In this document: in pieces, positions 11,187-24,985 of the stretch
Numbering within the stretch: position 1 is the first letter of the stretch
How the letters are laid out: each line of letters opens with the position of its first letter
Origin: Stegostoma tigrinum
Taxonomy: Eukaryota
Length of the DNA: 64,000 nucleotides
Reading direction: 5' to 3'
Assembly: GCF_030684315.1 (NCBI RefSeq)
Contig: NC_081391.1
Location: 13,307,342 to 13,371,341, forward strand
Made by a program: the position numbers and the translations under genes
The notes under the pieces: model-generated
Told to the model about the DNA's origin: nothing
Seen by the model: the letters and a program-made list of their open reading frames with translations, nothing else
Database searches by the model: none

Positions 11187-14100
11187 ATGGCCTCCCAGAT
11201 CAGTCAGAACTATCACCAGGATTGTGAAGCTGCTGTCAACAAGCAGATCAATGTGGAGCTCACTGCCTCCTATCTCTATCAGTCTTTGGTGAGTGGTGTC
11301 TCTGTTGGGTGAAACATACTTCTGTTCTGTTGAAGTAACCTCTTCCCCTTGGATGTAATTAAGTTGTCTATCTTCTAGACTGAGTTTTGTGGCTCCTACC
11401 TCTTTCTCAATGCAGGATGAGTGTGATGTTACTGTAACAATAGTTTGGTGTCTAATGTTACTCTAACTTGGGTCCCAGTTGGTTGTCAGTGAGATGTGGA
11501 GGGTGGAGTGTTCTTGTAGTTACTTGCCTGTCCCATGATGGTGCTGTGACTGGTGGTAATTATCGCTTCCTGTGACTGTTTGTTTGAAACTTGAGGGAAC
11601 AAAATTAAAAATGAATTGGGACTCACCATTGTGGGAATGGAAGCACCATCAGCTAGTCACTGCTTTTCTTTTCCCTCTTGTATCCTTGTTTCTATTTGAA
11701 TCTTGTGGGGATCTGAAGTAAACCTGCCAATTGATACTGAGAATCTTGGTTTCCTATTGCAATCAGCTTAGAATAGGCTTGTTCTAGCCCTACAGAGCGG
11801 GGCCGAGAGGTGGCAAATGGAGTTTAATGCAGACAAGTGTGAGGTGATGCACTTTGGTAGGAGTAACCGGAAGGCTAAGTACAGCGCTAAGGGTAAGATT
11901 CTTGGTGGTGTAGATGAGCAGAGAGATCTGTTGATAGATAGACATGGATTGTTGAAAGTTGCCACCCAGGTTGACAGGGCAATTAAGGTAGTGTTTTGTT
12001 TTCTATTAATAGAAGACTGAGTTCTGGAACCAAGAGGTTATGGTGAAGCTGTACAAAACTCTGGTGCAGCTGCACTTGGAGTATTGCGTACAGTTCTGGT
12101 CACTGCATGAGAAGGATGTGAAGCTTTGGAAAGGGTGTAGAGGAGATCTGCTAGGATGTTGCCTGGTATGGAGGGAAGATCTTATGAGGAAAGGCTGAGG
12201 GACTTGAGGCTCTCTTCATTAGAGAGAAGAAGGTTGAGAGGTGACTTAATTGAAACATATAAAATAATCAGAGAGGGCTAGTTAGGGTGGATAGGGAGAG
12301 CCTTTTTCCTAGATGGTGATGGTGAGCATGAGGTGGGGTAGCTTTAAATTGAGGGCTGATAAATATAGGACAGATGTCAGAGGTAGTTTCTTTACTCAGT
12401 AAGGGAATGCAATGCTTTGCCTGTGACAGTAGTAGATTTGCCCACTTTAGGTACACTTAAGTCATCATTGGATAAGCAAATGGGCGTACATGGAACAGTG
12501 TAGGTTAGATGGGCTTGAGATCAGTATGACAAGTCGGCACAACATCAAGGGCTGAAGGGCCTGCACTTGGCTGTTATGTTCTATGCTCAGATTAAACTGG
12601 GTGAGGTTGTGACTCTTATCTGATTAAGCAGATCTCCATTTGAAATCTACCTTGCTTTTCTTCATACTCATGAGGTGGGTGTGGGCTGTCTGTATGTCAA
12701 GTGTTGGAGCTTTTCAAAGGCACAGCACTGCCATGGGGCTGAGAATGTACTGACCCAGTGACTCTGGTAAAAAGTTTATGCCCGTTGTATTTGGCCTGAT
12801 TCTAAACTAACTGGCCCCTCTTTCCCCAGGTGGGGTGCTTGTGCCCTTCCAAGGGGTAGAATGTGTTTAGAAGGTGTTTACGTAACCTTAGTGTTTGTTG
12901 CAGGGTGCTCTCTGGGCTTGTCCCTGTCAGCAGGAAGTCCCCTCCTGATGAGGGTCAAGCCCCTGTCAGCCCCACTTTGGGAGGGGGAACAGCTTTCATT
13001 GAGCCAGCAGTTGGGTTTTAATCACTGACCCATTGTCCCAACACCCCTTGTAAGCATGTGCCAGGAATGAAATCCTTACTATTCTACATCTTCTAACTGC
13101 ACATTTAAATCGCAAAGATAAATTGTGCTTGTGTGTGCATTTGAGAATTGAAGCAACTTTTTTCAGCAGGATTTGTAAGAATGTGCTTGTTACTGGCTGC
13201 TTCCAATAGCAGACCTGCTAAACCTCAATACATTGAATTGTGAACATCCTGGTTTAGAAATCTACAGGACTTTGCCTGTTGGATTAAGTCAACAGTGGTT
13301 TTTCCAGGTTAATGAGGGATCTTGTCTGGAGAGTAGTTGATCTGCAGATCACTGTCATATTTGTCATGTGATCAGTTTGTTTTGTCAGTCTTTCTTTCAT
13401 GTGTAATGGTACAAGTTGCTAGCAGTCTGAGTCAGTGCAGCTGTTTTAGATGCAGCAGTAAACTGTTGCAGTAACAATCCAAAGGCTGTCCTTAGGCAGG
13501 CTTTCCTTGGCAGATTCTTGGAGCTAACGTCCTTCATTCATCTCCTCATGCACCCGCAGGCACCCCTATACTGCAGTTCTTGTCAAACTAATAGATACAG
13601 TGCATCCAATTGCATTGATCCTGACTAAGCAGAAAATGTGCTTCTTCCTAGCTGTTAATTGCAGTGTCTAGGATCTGTTTTCTGGTCTTTGCCAAAGCAG
13701 CAATACAGTGCCCTGCAGCTGTTCTATTGGTGTACATCCTGCGCTCCAGCCCCTGGCACTGCTTGAAACCCTATTCAATCAAAGTTTTATCCCATTTCTG
13801 GTGGAGGTTAATCAGTAAAAACATCAATTCACACTTGTTCTCACCAAATGCTGTGCCAGACCCTCCTGGGCAATTTGCCAGGAGTTTCAAACCAAAATAA
13901 AACACATGGTATTTACAGCTTACCTGGAGGAAGCTGGGATTGTTTTGATTTTTCCAATTCAACAGCAACTGCTCCAAACTGGGTTCTGAATTGTTAATGC
14001 ATCAGGTACTTAACAGCTTATTGTCAGTTTGATTTTGAGAATGCTCAAGTAGCCCTGTAGTTCTGAACTGAAATTGGACCATGACGTGTTAATGGACTTT

Positions 14101-16383
14101 ACCGTGTTCTCCCTTCCAGATGTCCTACTTTGACCGGGATGATGTTGCCCTTCCCCATTTTTCCCAGTTCTTCAAACATCAGTCTCAGGAGAAGCGGGAA
14201 CATGCAGAGAAGCTGCTGAAATTCCAGAATCAGCGTGGAGGCAGAGTCTTCCTCCAGGATGTGAAGGTTGGAGTTGGGTGGGGTGGGGAATGGGATGGTA
14301 ATGGCTGCTCTTATGGTGTGGTTTCAAGTCAGTGACAAGGTTTTCATTTGAGTCAAAACTTTGTTCAGCCTGATTGATCTCCTTTTTGAAGCCAGTGTGG
14401 AAAGAAGCCCTTTGGCCCACCATGTCTATGCTGACCCCACAAACACTAAACAACATTAATCCCACTTAGCTGCCCTTGGTCCACAGGCCACTGTCCTGGC
14501 ACTAAGTACTTGTCCAGCTGGACCCTAAACTGATCTTGAGTCGCAGTTTCCACCACCATCCAACCCTTTATGTGGTTCATCTCATATATTTCAAACAGCC
14601 CCTCAGAGGGGTGGGGGGTGGGGTCAAGTTTCCTCCAATCCCCTCTAACCTGCTTACTCCTCAAACCTGGTTTCTCTCCGGTGTTGGTGTCTGCCATGGG
14701 GAAGACATTCCATCAACTCGCCACTCTCTATTCTTCAATAGTTACATCAGGTCGCTCCCTCAGCCTTTCCTGCTCCTCAAAACCCCAGCCTACCTAACAT
14801 CCAATCAATGGATCTTGGGCAACCTCACCAGCATCCCCCTGCAGTGCCATCCTGTCCAGGTGACTGGTGAGGCCAAAGAGGAATAATGTGGTGACCAGAA
14901 AAACAAACTGAGGAGACTGGTCCCCTTCCTGTTCCACCCCACCCAACTAATAGAGGTTGCTTGCCCTCTGTCACTGTTACACCCTGTTGACCTTGTCTGA
15001 ACTTTGAGGGATCTATGGTTTTGGGCCTTTCTTAACTGTTAGCAGCACAACACACTTTGCAAACACCTCGCTGTCCCTTTGATGAATTAAATAGCCGTGA
15101 TGTTTCTGATCATCCTGCTCGGGCATGTATGAAGCCACCAGCACAAGTGGTACTTGAACCTTGGCCTTGTCAGCCAGAGACAGGGGCACTACCACTGTAC
15201 CATGACAGCATTTAGGATTCACTTGTGAATATCCTCGCAATTCCATCAGATGGACCCTGATGCAAATCTTGTCATTATCCCCCACAATGACCTGTTATTC
15301 AACTTCCTCCTTCAGATCAAGGACCGACAGGCAAGGTGAAAGCAATTCTGAAGGAACTGTTCTTCAGCTGTGCTCCAGGGCTGCCTCAGGGGCTAGCAGT
15401 GTTCTCAGTGCTAGGGACACAGGTTTTGATCTGGCCTCTGGTGAGGGACTGGTGTTTACATGTCCTCCCCATGTCTGCGTTGGTGTCCTCATAGGATAAG
15501 GGGATTGGCCATCTGAAATGCAGGGTTACAGGAATAGGGTGGGAGAATGACGAGTTGGGATCCCTTTCAGAGCAGTTACAGACTGATCCACGTTGTAAAG
15601 ATTCTGAAGCTTAACTGTCCAACTTTCCTTCCTCCAGAAGCCAGAGAGGGATGAGTGGGGTAACAGCCTGCAGGCAATGCAGGTTGCCCTGGATCTGGAG
15701 AAGAATGTGAACCAGAGTTTGTTGGATCTACACCAAGTCGCCACAGCCCAGACTGACCCTCATGTAAGCTTCACCTCCTCATTGACTTCACTGCTAGGCC
15801 CTCAGGGCAACACGTTCATTGGTTGGTCTTTTGTGGATTAGAAATTCAGTTAGACTTTGTTTTTGTGCAGATGACATGGATCACTTCAGATCCATAGTGA
15901 TTACAAAATCATTGCTGAGCAGTTGAGTCCAAGTGTGTATTTTAACTTGTAAACCTGTGGGGAGGACTGAGGGGATATTGGTCACTGAATTCTCATTCAG
16001 GACCACTGCAGTGGAATGACTTTTATCCATCACAAGTTAACTCTGCTCCAGTAAATAAACAGCAAGATGAAACAGCTAAAAAGCAGTTGTCCTCTTTGCA
16101 CAATTTCTCCAGGCGTTGGCTCAAGACATCCCTGACCATCTCCCTCCATATGCATGTTTTTCAGTGGGAATTCTGAAGTTGTCTTGGATAGTGTTAATGT
16201 ACCAAGTGTCATATTCCTCTGTTGCAGCTGTGTGACTTCCTGGAGACCGACTATTTGGATGAGGAGGTGAGGATCATCAAGCAACTCGGGGACTACATCA
16301 CCAACCTGAAGCGCCTGGGAGCCCCTGAGAATGGGATGGGAGAGTACCTGTTTGACAGGCTCTCCCTGGAGGACAGCAGTTAG
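11187..16383 (+). CDS. Ferritin copy 2 (lineage B), intact 176 aa; exons 11187-11288, 14120-14266, 15638-15763, 16228-16383
   Basis: Four in-frame exons of 102/147/126/156 nt with GT-AG junctions at the canonical vertebrate ferritin intron positions; TAG at 16381-16383; AATAAA 16511-16516. Private changes ETDY and EEVR in exon 4. Confidence 0.92.
11790..12588 (+). mobile_element. 5'-truncated CR1 LINE in intron 1 of copy 2
   Basis: Reads [19 protein letters not shown]...; ends in the TGTTCTATG-type tail; broken frames. Confidence 0.85.
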
Positions 16384-18907
16384 TGTGGCCTGGAGTACTG
16401 TCTGCTTGGTCTGAATGCATTCCCCACTTCACCCTGGCCAATCTGTCTCCTTCCAGGGAGAAGGGGCTTGTAGCAACGAACGTAATGGCTGTACCAGCCG
16501 AATGGAAATGAATAAAATGATCTCTTGATCTCAGTTCCTGTGCATCATTTTGAGCCCATTGATACCTCTCTTTGGTCAAGCAAGCTTTCTTGCCTTACTT
16601 CACCACTGCTTTTCCCCAACCCCCATGGACAGACTGCAGGCCAATGGGAGCCAGTTGGGGTTCAAATGGGGCCTGTGACCGACCCTTACTACAGCCATCA
16701 ACTGGTGGCCCTGCTGACCAGTTCACTTTGTCACTGAAGTCTGCTGCTCCTCCCAGGGGACCTTGGGTTTTCTGAACTTGCTTGGTTCAACTGCATAGAT
16801 TTGTTTTTTCCCCGGAAGGAATCCAAAATTCCTTCAAGTGGCTTCCTCAGTTTGTTGCTTTCTTTCCTTCGCCCAGGGCTCAGGCCCTCCCCATAACTGG
16901 AAGTCCACCAGCCCTGAGCTGGGCAACTTCAGCCCAAACATTCTCAACAGTCACATTCCAGAGAATCATCTCCAGATTCTCTGGGGCTACTTGATTGATA
17001 GTGGATGCTCCTGATACCATAAATACAAGGATTGGTGACCTGGGGCTTGGATGATAGCCCATGGTTCAAAATACTCCCATTTGGTTTATGCTTGCAGCTA
17101 CAACAGGCCTCTGACTGAAGGGTTTGTACAAAAAGCTGCTGCCTTGTTTCTTGGAACCTTTCCATGGGCTGATTGAGTTTTTTTGACCCAGTGAGGGAGC
17201 AGGGATTTCTGGGGAAGGTGGGGACTGTCTCCTTTAGTCAAGATGCCTGGACATGCTGACTTTGCTGTACAGCTGTTTCCTTGATCATTCAAGGTGTCTG
17301 ATCATGGGTTAGGGAGGGGGTGATCAGAGACAGCCCAGAGATTGTCTTGTTTTGGCACGAGTGCACACTGTAGCCTTCAGAAGAGTGTGGGTCATTAAGG
17401 TACTGAATATATTTGTTCCATCACAAAAATCCTTGTTGTTTGGCCCAGTCTCTATCCTTGGTGATAGAACCCCTGCTCTCTGGCAAGAGGCCATTTGACC
17501 CAGGTAGCCTCAACCTTCTGACCAGCATCCTGCTCAGTCCCACCCCAGTCCTTTAACCCTGTGTCTTCCCCATGGCTAATCCAGCTTGCCCCTTGTCAAA
17601 ATCTCCAACTTAGCATTGCCTATCCACTTGACCAGCAAATAGTTCAGATGGTGGGTGGGAAACCAAACAGACACTGTAAATGTACAAACTCCCCAGGGTG
17701 CCCTAAGGCTGTAATAAATCCCATGTCGCTGTGAGGTAAGTGCTTGTTACTGAGCCACTGTCTCACCCTAAAGTACCGAACAAAGGAATATGCTGTTGCA
17801 TTCTGTCAGAGTCCTACAGCAGAGATACAGGTTGTTTGGCTCAAACCGTCCAGGCCGAGCAGTGTTCCAAATCTGAACTAGTTGTGTTTGCCCCATATCC
17901 CTCAACCAGTCCTTTCCCTGGAAATCACCAAATGTCTTTTAACAACTGCAATTGCACCCACTTCTCCTGCTTCATGTAGCAGCTCATTCTTGACAAACCA
18001 TTTTCTGTGGGAAAAGCTCTTCTTCAGCTTCTTTCTCTACCCCCCCCCCCCCCCACCCCGACCCCGACCAACCCCACATGCTTGTGTGTGAAAACATTAC
18101 CCCTCCCTCCTGTAGTTTTGGACTCCCCTACCCTGTCCCAGCATGCTTACTGTATGCAGTCAATCGTGAGTCTGCCAAGGGCAAGGCCACATTTAGTGCT
18201 CAGCAAGTGTTACACTTCAGGAGGTGGTGATGAGCTGCTTATTACAGTCCACCTGGTGTAGGAGAGACCGGAATGATGCTGCTGCTGAGGAGGGGCTTCT
18301 GGGATTTTCATTCACAAACAGGGATATTTTCCCAAGTCAGGATGGTGACAGACTTACATGGAGCTCCATTGCGTGTTGTTGGTGCTGCCTCCAGCCAGAA
18401 CATTGAAAACTGTTCCAGCATTACTCACTCCTAACTTCAGTCTTATTGATGGTGGACCGGCTTTGGAAAGTTACAAGTTGTGTAATCACAACAGAATTCC
18501 CTGCCTCTGACTTCCCAATTTTTGAGCTGTTCACTCTACAGAATGCAATGAAAACTGTAACAGATACTGTCACCTTGGAAACATGCTGGCGTTAAGCGCT
18601 GATTCAACTTCAACAATGTAAAACCAAACATGGAGACAGAAATGTTCAATGTGCGATACATTTCGGGCAGCAGCTGAGACATAGAACCCTGAGGCCTACT
18701 GTGTATAAGAGGCACTCAGCACATTTAGCATCTTGCTTTTCAAACTGGGCTTCATGCGACCCTAAGTCACGGTGATCACAGCAGATTCAGAATGGATCTA
18801 CAAAGGACATCGGTTGCTTGTATCAGACAATCCAAAAGCACGTTATTCTGTCACTGCACAGAAATAGGAAAATGTTCATATCAACCAAATCAGGGCATTT
18901 TACAAGG

Positions 18908-20366
18908 ATGAGGATAGCAAAGGTCATTACCCTGTTCAGAGGATAGCAAATGTGGTTCCCCTGTGCAAGAAGGGGAGTAGAGACAAACCTGGTAATTGTA
19001 GACCAGTCAGCCTTACCTCAGTTGTTGGTAAAGTGTTGAAAAAGGTTATAAGGGATAGGATTTATAATTATCTCAAAGAATAAATTGGTTAGGGATAGTC
19101 AGCACGGTTTTGCGAAGGGAAGGTCGTGCCTCACAAACCTTATTGAATTCTTTCAGAAGGTGAGCAAACAGGTATTTGAGAGTAAACCGGTTGATGTGGT
19201 GCATATGGATTTCAGCAAGTCGTTCGATAAGGTTCGCCACAGTAGGCTATTGTACAAAATGCGGAGGAATGGAATTGTGGGAGATATAGCAGTTTGGATC
19301 GGAAATTGGCTTGCTGAAAGAAGACAGAGGGTGGTAGTTGATGGGAAATGTTCATCCTGGAGACCAGTTACTAGTGGTGTACTGCAAGGGTCGGTGTTGG
19401 GTCCACTGCTGTTTGTCATTTTTATAAATGACCTGGATGAGTTTGTAGAAGGATGGGTTAGTAAATTTGCAGACGACACTAAGGTCAGTGGAGTTGTGGA
19501 TAGTGACGAAGGCAGCTGTAGGTCGCAGAGAGACATAGATAAGCTGCAGGGCTGGGCTGAGAAGTGGCAAATGGAATTTAATGCAGACAGGTGTGAGGTG
19601 ATGCACTTTTGTAGGAGTAACTGGAAGGCAAAGTACAGGGCTAATGGTAAGATTCTTGGTGGTGTAGATGAGCAGAGAGATCTCGGTGTCCATGTACACA
19701 GATCCTTGAAAGTTGCCACCCAGGTTGACAGGGTGGTTTAGAAGGCATACAATGTTTTGGCTTTTACTAATAGAAGGATTGAGTTCCAGAACCAAGAGGT
19801 TATGGCGAAGCTGTACAAAACTCTGGTTAGGCCGCACTTGGAGTATTGTGTACAGTTCTGGTCACCCCATTATAAGAAGGATGTAGAAGCTTTGGAAAGG
19901 GTGCAGAGGAGATTTACTAGGATGTTGCCTGGTATGGAGGGAAGGTCTTACGAGGAAATGCTGAGGGGCTTGAGGCTGTTTTCATTCGAGAGAAGAAGGC
20001 TGAGAGGTGACTTAATTGAAACATATAAAATAATTCGAGGGTTGGATAAGGAGAGCCTTTTTCCTCGGATGGTGACAGCGAGCACGAGGGGGCATTGCTT
20101 TAAATTGAGGTGTGAACGATATAGGACAGATTTCAGAGGTAGTTTCTCTACTCAGAGTAGTGAGGGAATGGAACGCTTTGCCTGCAACGGTAGTAGATTC
20201 ACCAACTTTAGGTACATTTGAGTCGTCATTGGACGAGCATATGGACGTACATGGAATAGTGTTGGTTAGATGGGCTCCATATCGGTATGACTGGTCGGCA
20301 CAACATCGAGGGCCGAAGGGCCTGTACTGTGCTGTAATGTTCGATGTTTTATGTTCTATATTCTAT
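18908..20366 (+). mobile_element. 5'-truncated CR1 LINE (RT domain) inserted upstream of copy 3
   Basis: ORFs 19085-19741 and 19757-20221 carry [44 protein letters not shown]; in-frame TAG at 19739; (ATGTTCT)-like tail to ~20366; interrupts the CAAA(G)GGCTCCAACAC sequence that is contiguous in copy 2 (~10723-10740). Confidence 0.93.
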
Positions 20367-20550
20367 GGCTCCAACACCAACGTTCTAAAGTTATGACGAC
20401 TATTCCCTCAGATTAACAATCCGACGAAATTGTGCAAATCTGTGATGACTGAGTCTTAACGCACAACCTCAGATACACAAGTGAAGGTTTAGAGTATATT
20501 TTATTGTCATTTTGTGGCAAATACATTTTCAGAATGTGCACTTGTACAGG

Positions 20551-20737
20551 AGGTCAAAGGTCATTCAGCAATTCCATCATCGGCCAGTTGTCAACTGTGA
20601 TTCGTTTCTGGATCCAGTTCCCATCCTGCACTGATTGGACGTGGCAGCTGATCAACTGATCATCAAGGTGATTGGCCATCACTGATGATGTCATTTCCTG
20701 CTTCATAAAAAGAGGGTCTGCCCCTGGGGTATAAATA
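20551..20737 (+). promoter_or_regulatory. Core promoter of copy 3 (DR1, two CCAAT, TATA)
   Basis: AGGTCAAAGGTCA 20551-20563; CTGATTGG and GTGATTGG; TATAAATA 20730-20737. Confidence 0.7.
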
Positions 20738-20822
20738 GAGTCCCACGGGAATGATGTTGATTGTTCTTCCTAATTTTGTTATTTTGGTGGTGAGGAGAAT
20801 AAAAGAAATTTATTGTCACAAG

Positions 20823-23800
20823 ATGGCCTCCCAGATCAGTCAGAACTATCACCAGGATTGTGAAGCTGCTGTCAACAAGCAGATTAATGTGGAGCTCACT
20901 GCCTCCTATCTCTATCAGTCTTTGGTGAGTGCTGTCTCTCGGGGTTAAACATATAAATCTGTTCTGTTGAAGTAAATTCTTTGCCTGGCCTCTAGTGAAG
21001 CTGACAATCTAGTAGATTGAGGTTTTGTGGCTCCTACCTAAATATCAGTTCAGGATAGAGGTGGTGTTACTATCACGATGGTGTAGGATACTGATGTATG
21101 TTAACTCAGGTCCCAGTTGGCCTTCAGTGGTATCTGGAGGGTAAAAGCCTCTTGCTTTTTTTTTCTTTCTGACACAAGTTTCCTGACTTCATTTGCCTGA
21201 TCTCTGTGGTGGTCCTAAACAAACATGCTGATTTTTTTTAACACTGACAATAACAATAACTTCCCTGTTGCAGTGGCCCTTGTTAGTCTGAACAAACCTG
21301 AGGCTAGTCTGTGACTGGTATCTATTTTATGTAGATCTCCTTCATTGAGGCTGACTTGGCTTTACTTGTATTTATTCAAGAGGTGGGTGTGGCCTATCCC
21401 GTTCCTACTGAGAGTAGATCTGCCGTGTGTGAGAAATGTTGGATCCCCTCTCTGCCCCCTCTCCTCCCCACCCCACCCCACACTGGGGCTGCAGGAATGT
21501 GCTGAGGCTATTAGCCCAGTGACATTGAAGAAATGGAGGTTGTTCCCATATCATTTAGCTTGACCTAAAACAAAATGTCCCCTCTATCCCGGTGGTGATG
21601 TGACTGTGCCCTTCCAAGGGGTAGAATGTGCTTGGAAGGTATGTGTTGAAGTAACCTTGGTGAGTGCTGCAGGGGACCTGGTAGGTAATGGACCCTGAAA
21701 GGAGGTGGTGAATGCAGTCCCCATGAAGTGGGCTGCCCTGTCCTGGATGGTGTCTGCTTCTTGCATGTTGTAGCTCCCCTTCTACAGACAGACGGGGAAT
21801 ATTCATCTCTCTTTGGGCTTGTGCCTCTTGGAAGGAAGTTGTCTTGTAAGGAGGACTAAGTCCCTATAAGCCTCACTTGGGAGGTGGGACCGCTTTAATG
21901 GTGAGCCAGTTGTTGGGGTTTAATCACTGTGTCCCAACTCTATTGGCACATGCTTCCCAAGGATAAAATCCCGACTATCTTCTGCCACAACTTGTAACTA
22001 CCCACTGAAACCACAGATATTTGCTTGCCTGACTGTGGTTTTTGGATTTGAGGATTAAAGTAACTTTACAGGAGTCCTTCCCCAGAATGTAATTCTTAGC
22101 TTATGCTTCCAATAGCGAGCATTAGCTCTTAAACCCTTGCATCGAATTGTGAACATGACAGTTTAGATATGAGTCACATGGGCTGAAAACCTACAGGATT
22201 TTTTGCCTGTTTGGGTAAAGTCAGGGCAAGTGTTTTTCCAGGTTACTGTTTTCACTAGTGACGTTATGTACAGGCCACTAATAGTTGACATTTGATCATT
22301 TGTTTTGCAATTTGTTTCAGTCATGTGACTTGGTGCAAGTTTCTGACAGCCTGAGTTTGCACTATTTAGGCAGAGCAATAACCCACTGCTGCAACGATCC
22401 AAAGGCTGTTACTGGGCAGGCTTTCCTCGGCATTATCTTAGTGCCAAACTCCATACTGGAGACAGCACACCTTTGTAGAGTTCATGTGTACACTTACATC
22501 CCAATCTCATTGATCCTGGGTTTGCAGAAAACATGCTCCCTACTAGTCGTTGACTACAGCAGGGTTTCAACATCTTTTTTCCAGTTTTCCCCAAAGGCAA
22601 AACATAGTGCCTTGCGTCTTGTAGTTGAGAACTGGAATGGGGAGTGAGCAAGTGATGTCTGATGTAATTTTAACTTGATCTTCCAGATGTCCTACTTTGA
22701 CCAGGACGATGTTGCCCTCGCCCATTTCTCCCGGTTCTTCAAACATCAGTCCCAGGAGAAGCGGGAACATGCAGAAAAGCTGCTGAAATTCCAGAATCAG
22801 CGTGGAGGCCGAGTCCTCCTCCAGGATGTGAAGGTTGGGGTTGGGTGGTGGGGGAAGTGCAGGGGGGAATGGCTGCTCTTGCGGTGTCATCTCCAGTGAC
22901 AAGATTTTCAGATCCTGAGCGAGTGTGAGAAGTTCTTTTGCTTGGCTTCCCTGTTTGCTCTCCTCCATCTCCAGTGTTTCAGCATTTATGCAAGCCCTCT
23001 GGTCCACCAGGCCTATGCTGACGCAGCAAAGACCGAACTGTACTCACCCTGTACTTGGTCCAGGCCCTACTATACCCTAGTGTTTAGCACTCGCCCAGCT
23101 AGTCCTTTAAACAGTGCTGCAGTAGCCGTTTCCAGCACTTTGTTCTTCCGTTCCCCAACACACCCACCAAATTTCCTCCAATCCCCTCTATCCTGCTTCC
23201 TCAAACCTGTGCCCTCTGGTCTGAGTGTCTGCCATGGGGAAGACATTTTCCCCATCTACTGTCCAGACTTCCTTGTCTTCCATCAAACAACCACCTCAGC
23301 CTCACCTGCTCAAAGGAAAACCCCCAGCCCATCCAATCTCTCTCCTCAATGGATTTTCTGTCTTGGCGAAACAACCTGGGGACCCTCACCAGCACCCCCT
23401 GCAGTAGCATCCTGTCCTTCTGACCAGTGAGGCCAACGATAGAATGCAGCAGAGACAGGAAGAACAATTTTCATAAAATGTGTTCAAAGGACTTGTCCCT
23501 GTGCTGTTCCTGACAACCCTGCCCCAAACTAACACATGTTACTTGGCCTATGTCCCCTTTCACACACAGTTTGCCTTGTGTGAGCATTGAGGGATCGATG
23601 ATCCTGTGTTTATTGTAAGCACATTACTGCCCCCCACAATGAATTCAAGTCATGATGGTTCTGACCATGCTGCTCGGGCATGTATGAGGCCACAAGCACA
23701 AGTGAGACTTGAACCTCAGCCTTGTCAACCGGAGCTTGGGACACTACCGCTACTTCCCCCACAGCCCTTGGGATTCACTCCTGAATATCCTTTTTAAGAC

Positions 23801-24985
23801 TCCAGCAGATGGACACTGGTGCAAATGACTAATCTGGTACATTTTTATTCCCTGTGGTACAAGGATACGTTCCTGAGCTTCCGGCTTCAGGTCAAGGATA
23901 AATGGGGCAAGGTGAAAGGAGTCACCAAGTAGCTAATGTTTTCTTTACCTGGACTTCAGGGATGGCACAGTGGCTCAGTGGTTGGCACTGTTGACTCAGT
24001 GCCAGGGGCACCAGTTTGGTTCTGGCCTGTGACGAGAATTTAAACGTTATCCCAAAGCATGGCTTCCCCACACAGTAGAAAAGAGGATTGGCAACTTGAA
24101 ATGCAGGTTACACGAACAGGGTGGGAATGGGACCAGATGGGATGCTCTTCAGCAGTTATGGTCTCAATGGGGTGAATGGCCAGCTCCCATGCTGCAGGGA
24201 TTCTGTTTCTAAAGCTTACCTGTCCTTCTCTCCATCCCCAGAAGCCAGAGAGGGATGAGTGGGGTAACAATCTGCAGGCAATGCAGGTTGCCCTGGATCT
24301 GGAGAAGAATGTGAACCAGAGTTTGCTGGATCTCCACCAACTCGCCACAGCACAGACTGACCCTCATGTAAGCTTCACCTCCTCATTCACATCACTGCTA
24401 GACTCTCAGGGTAATGTTTCATTGGTTGGTCTGTGTGGATTGGAAATTCACTAATGTAACACTTTCCATCCATTACTTTCCTGAACTATTGTAACATTGA
24501 TCACTTGGGATCATACTGATTACAATGAGGTATAAGGGGAATTTGATCTATAATCTAGTGGAAGTGCTGAAATGACGTTGGCCACTGAGTTCTTCGTTAG
24601 TATCATTGCAGTGGAATGATCATTGTCCATCACAATCCAACTCAGCTCCATTTCACAAACAGCAAGATGGAGCAGCTGACATGTTGTCCTCACTGGCATA
24701 AATTCTCCAGGTGTTAGCTCGCTTTTCAGGGCTGTCCAGAGCTAGTCATGGCTAAGTCTGTCTTGCAGAGGGAATTCTGAAATTGTCTTGGATAGTGTTA
24801 ATGTACCAAGTGTCATATTCCTCTTGCAGCTGTGTGACTTCCTGGAGACTCACTATTTGGATGAGGAGGTGGAGATCATCAAGCAACTCGGGGACTACAT
24901 CACCAACCTGAAGCGCCTGGGAGCCCCTGAGAATGGGATGGGAGAGTACCTGTTTGACAGGCTCTCCCTGGAGGACAGCAGTTAG
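20823..24985 (+). CDS. Ferritin copy 3 (lineage C), intact 176 aa; exons 20823-20924, 22687-22833, 24242-24367, 24830-24985
   Basis: Exon lengths 102/147/126/156, GT-AG junctions, no stops; private DQDD and WGNNL. Confidence 0.92.

Noticed and set aside
19153-19837. Long minus-strand ORFs (188 and 161 aa; also 45207-45891)
   Set aside because: Antisense shadows of the CR1 RT coding sequence.
19085-20221. RT ORFs next to ferritin as a functional RT-ferritin system (retron/DGR-like)
   Set aside because: Sequence is eukaryotic with spliceosomal introns; the RT is a 5'-truncated CR1 LINE with an internal stop and a typical 3' tail.
22942-23430. 162-aa ORF in intron 2 (also 48987-49472) and the 150-aa ORF at 4797-5249
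   Set aside because: No recognisable domain, non-ATG starts, intronic, and not kept in frame across lineages.
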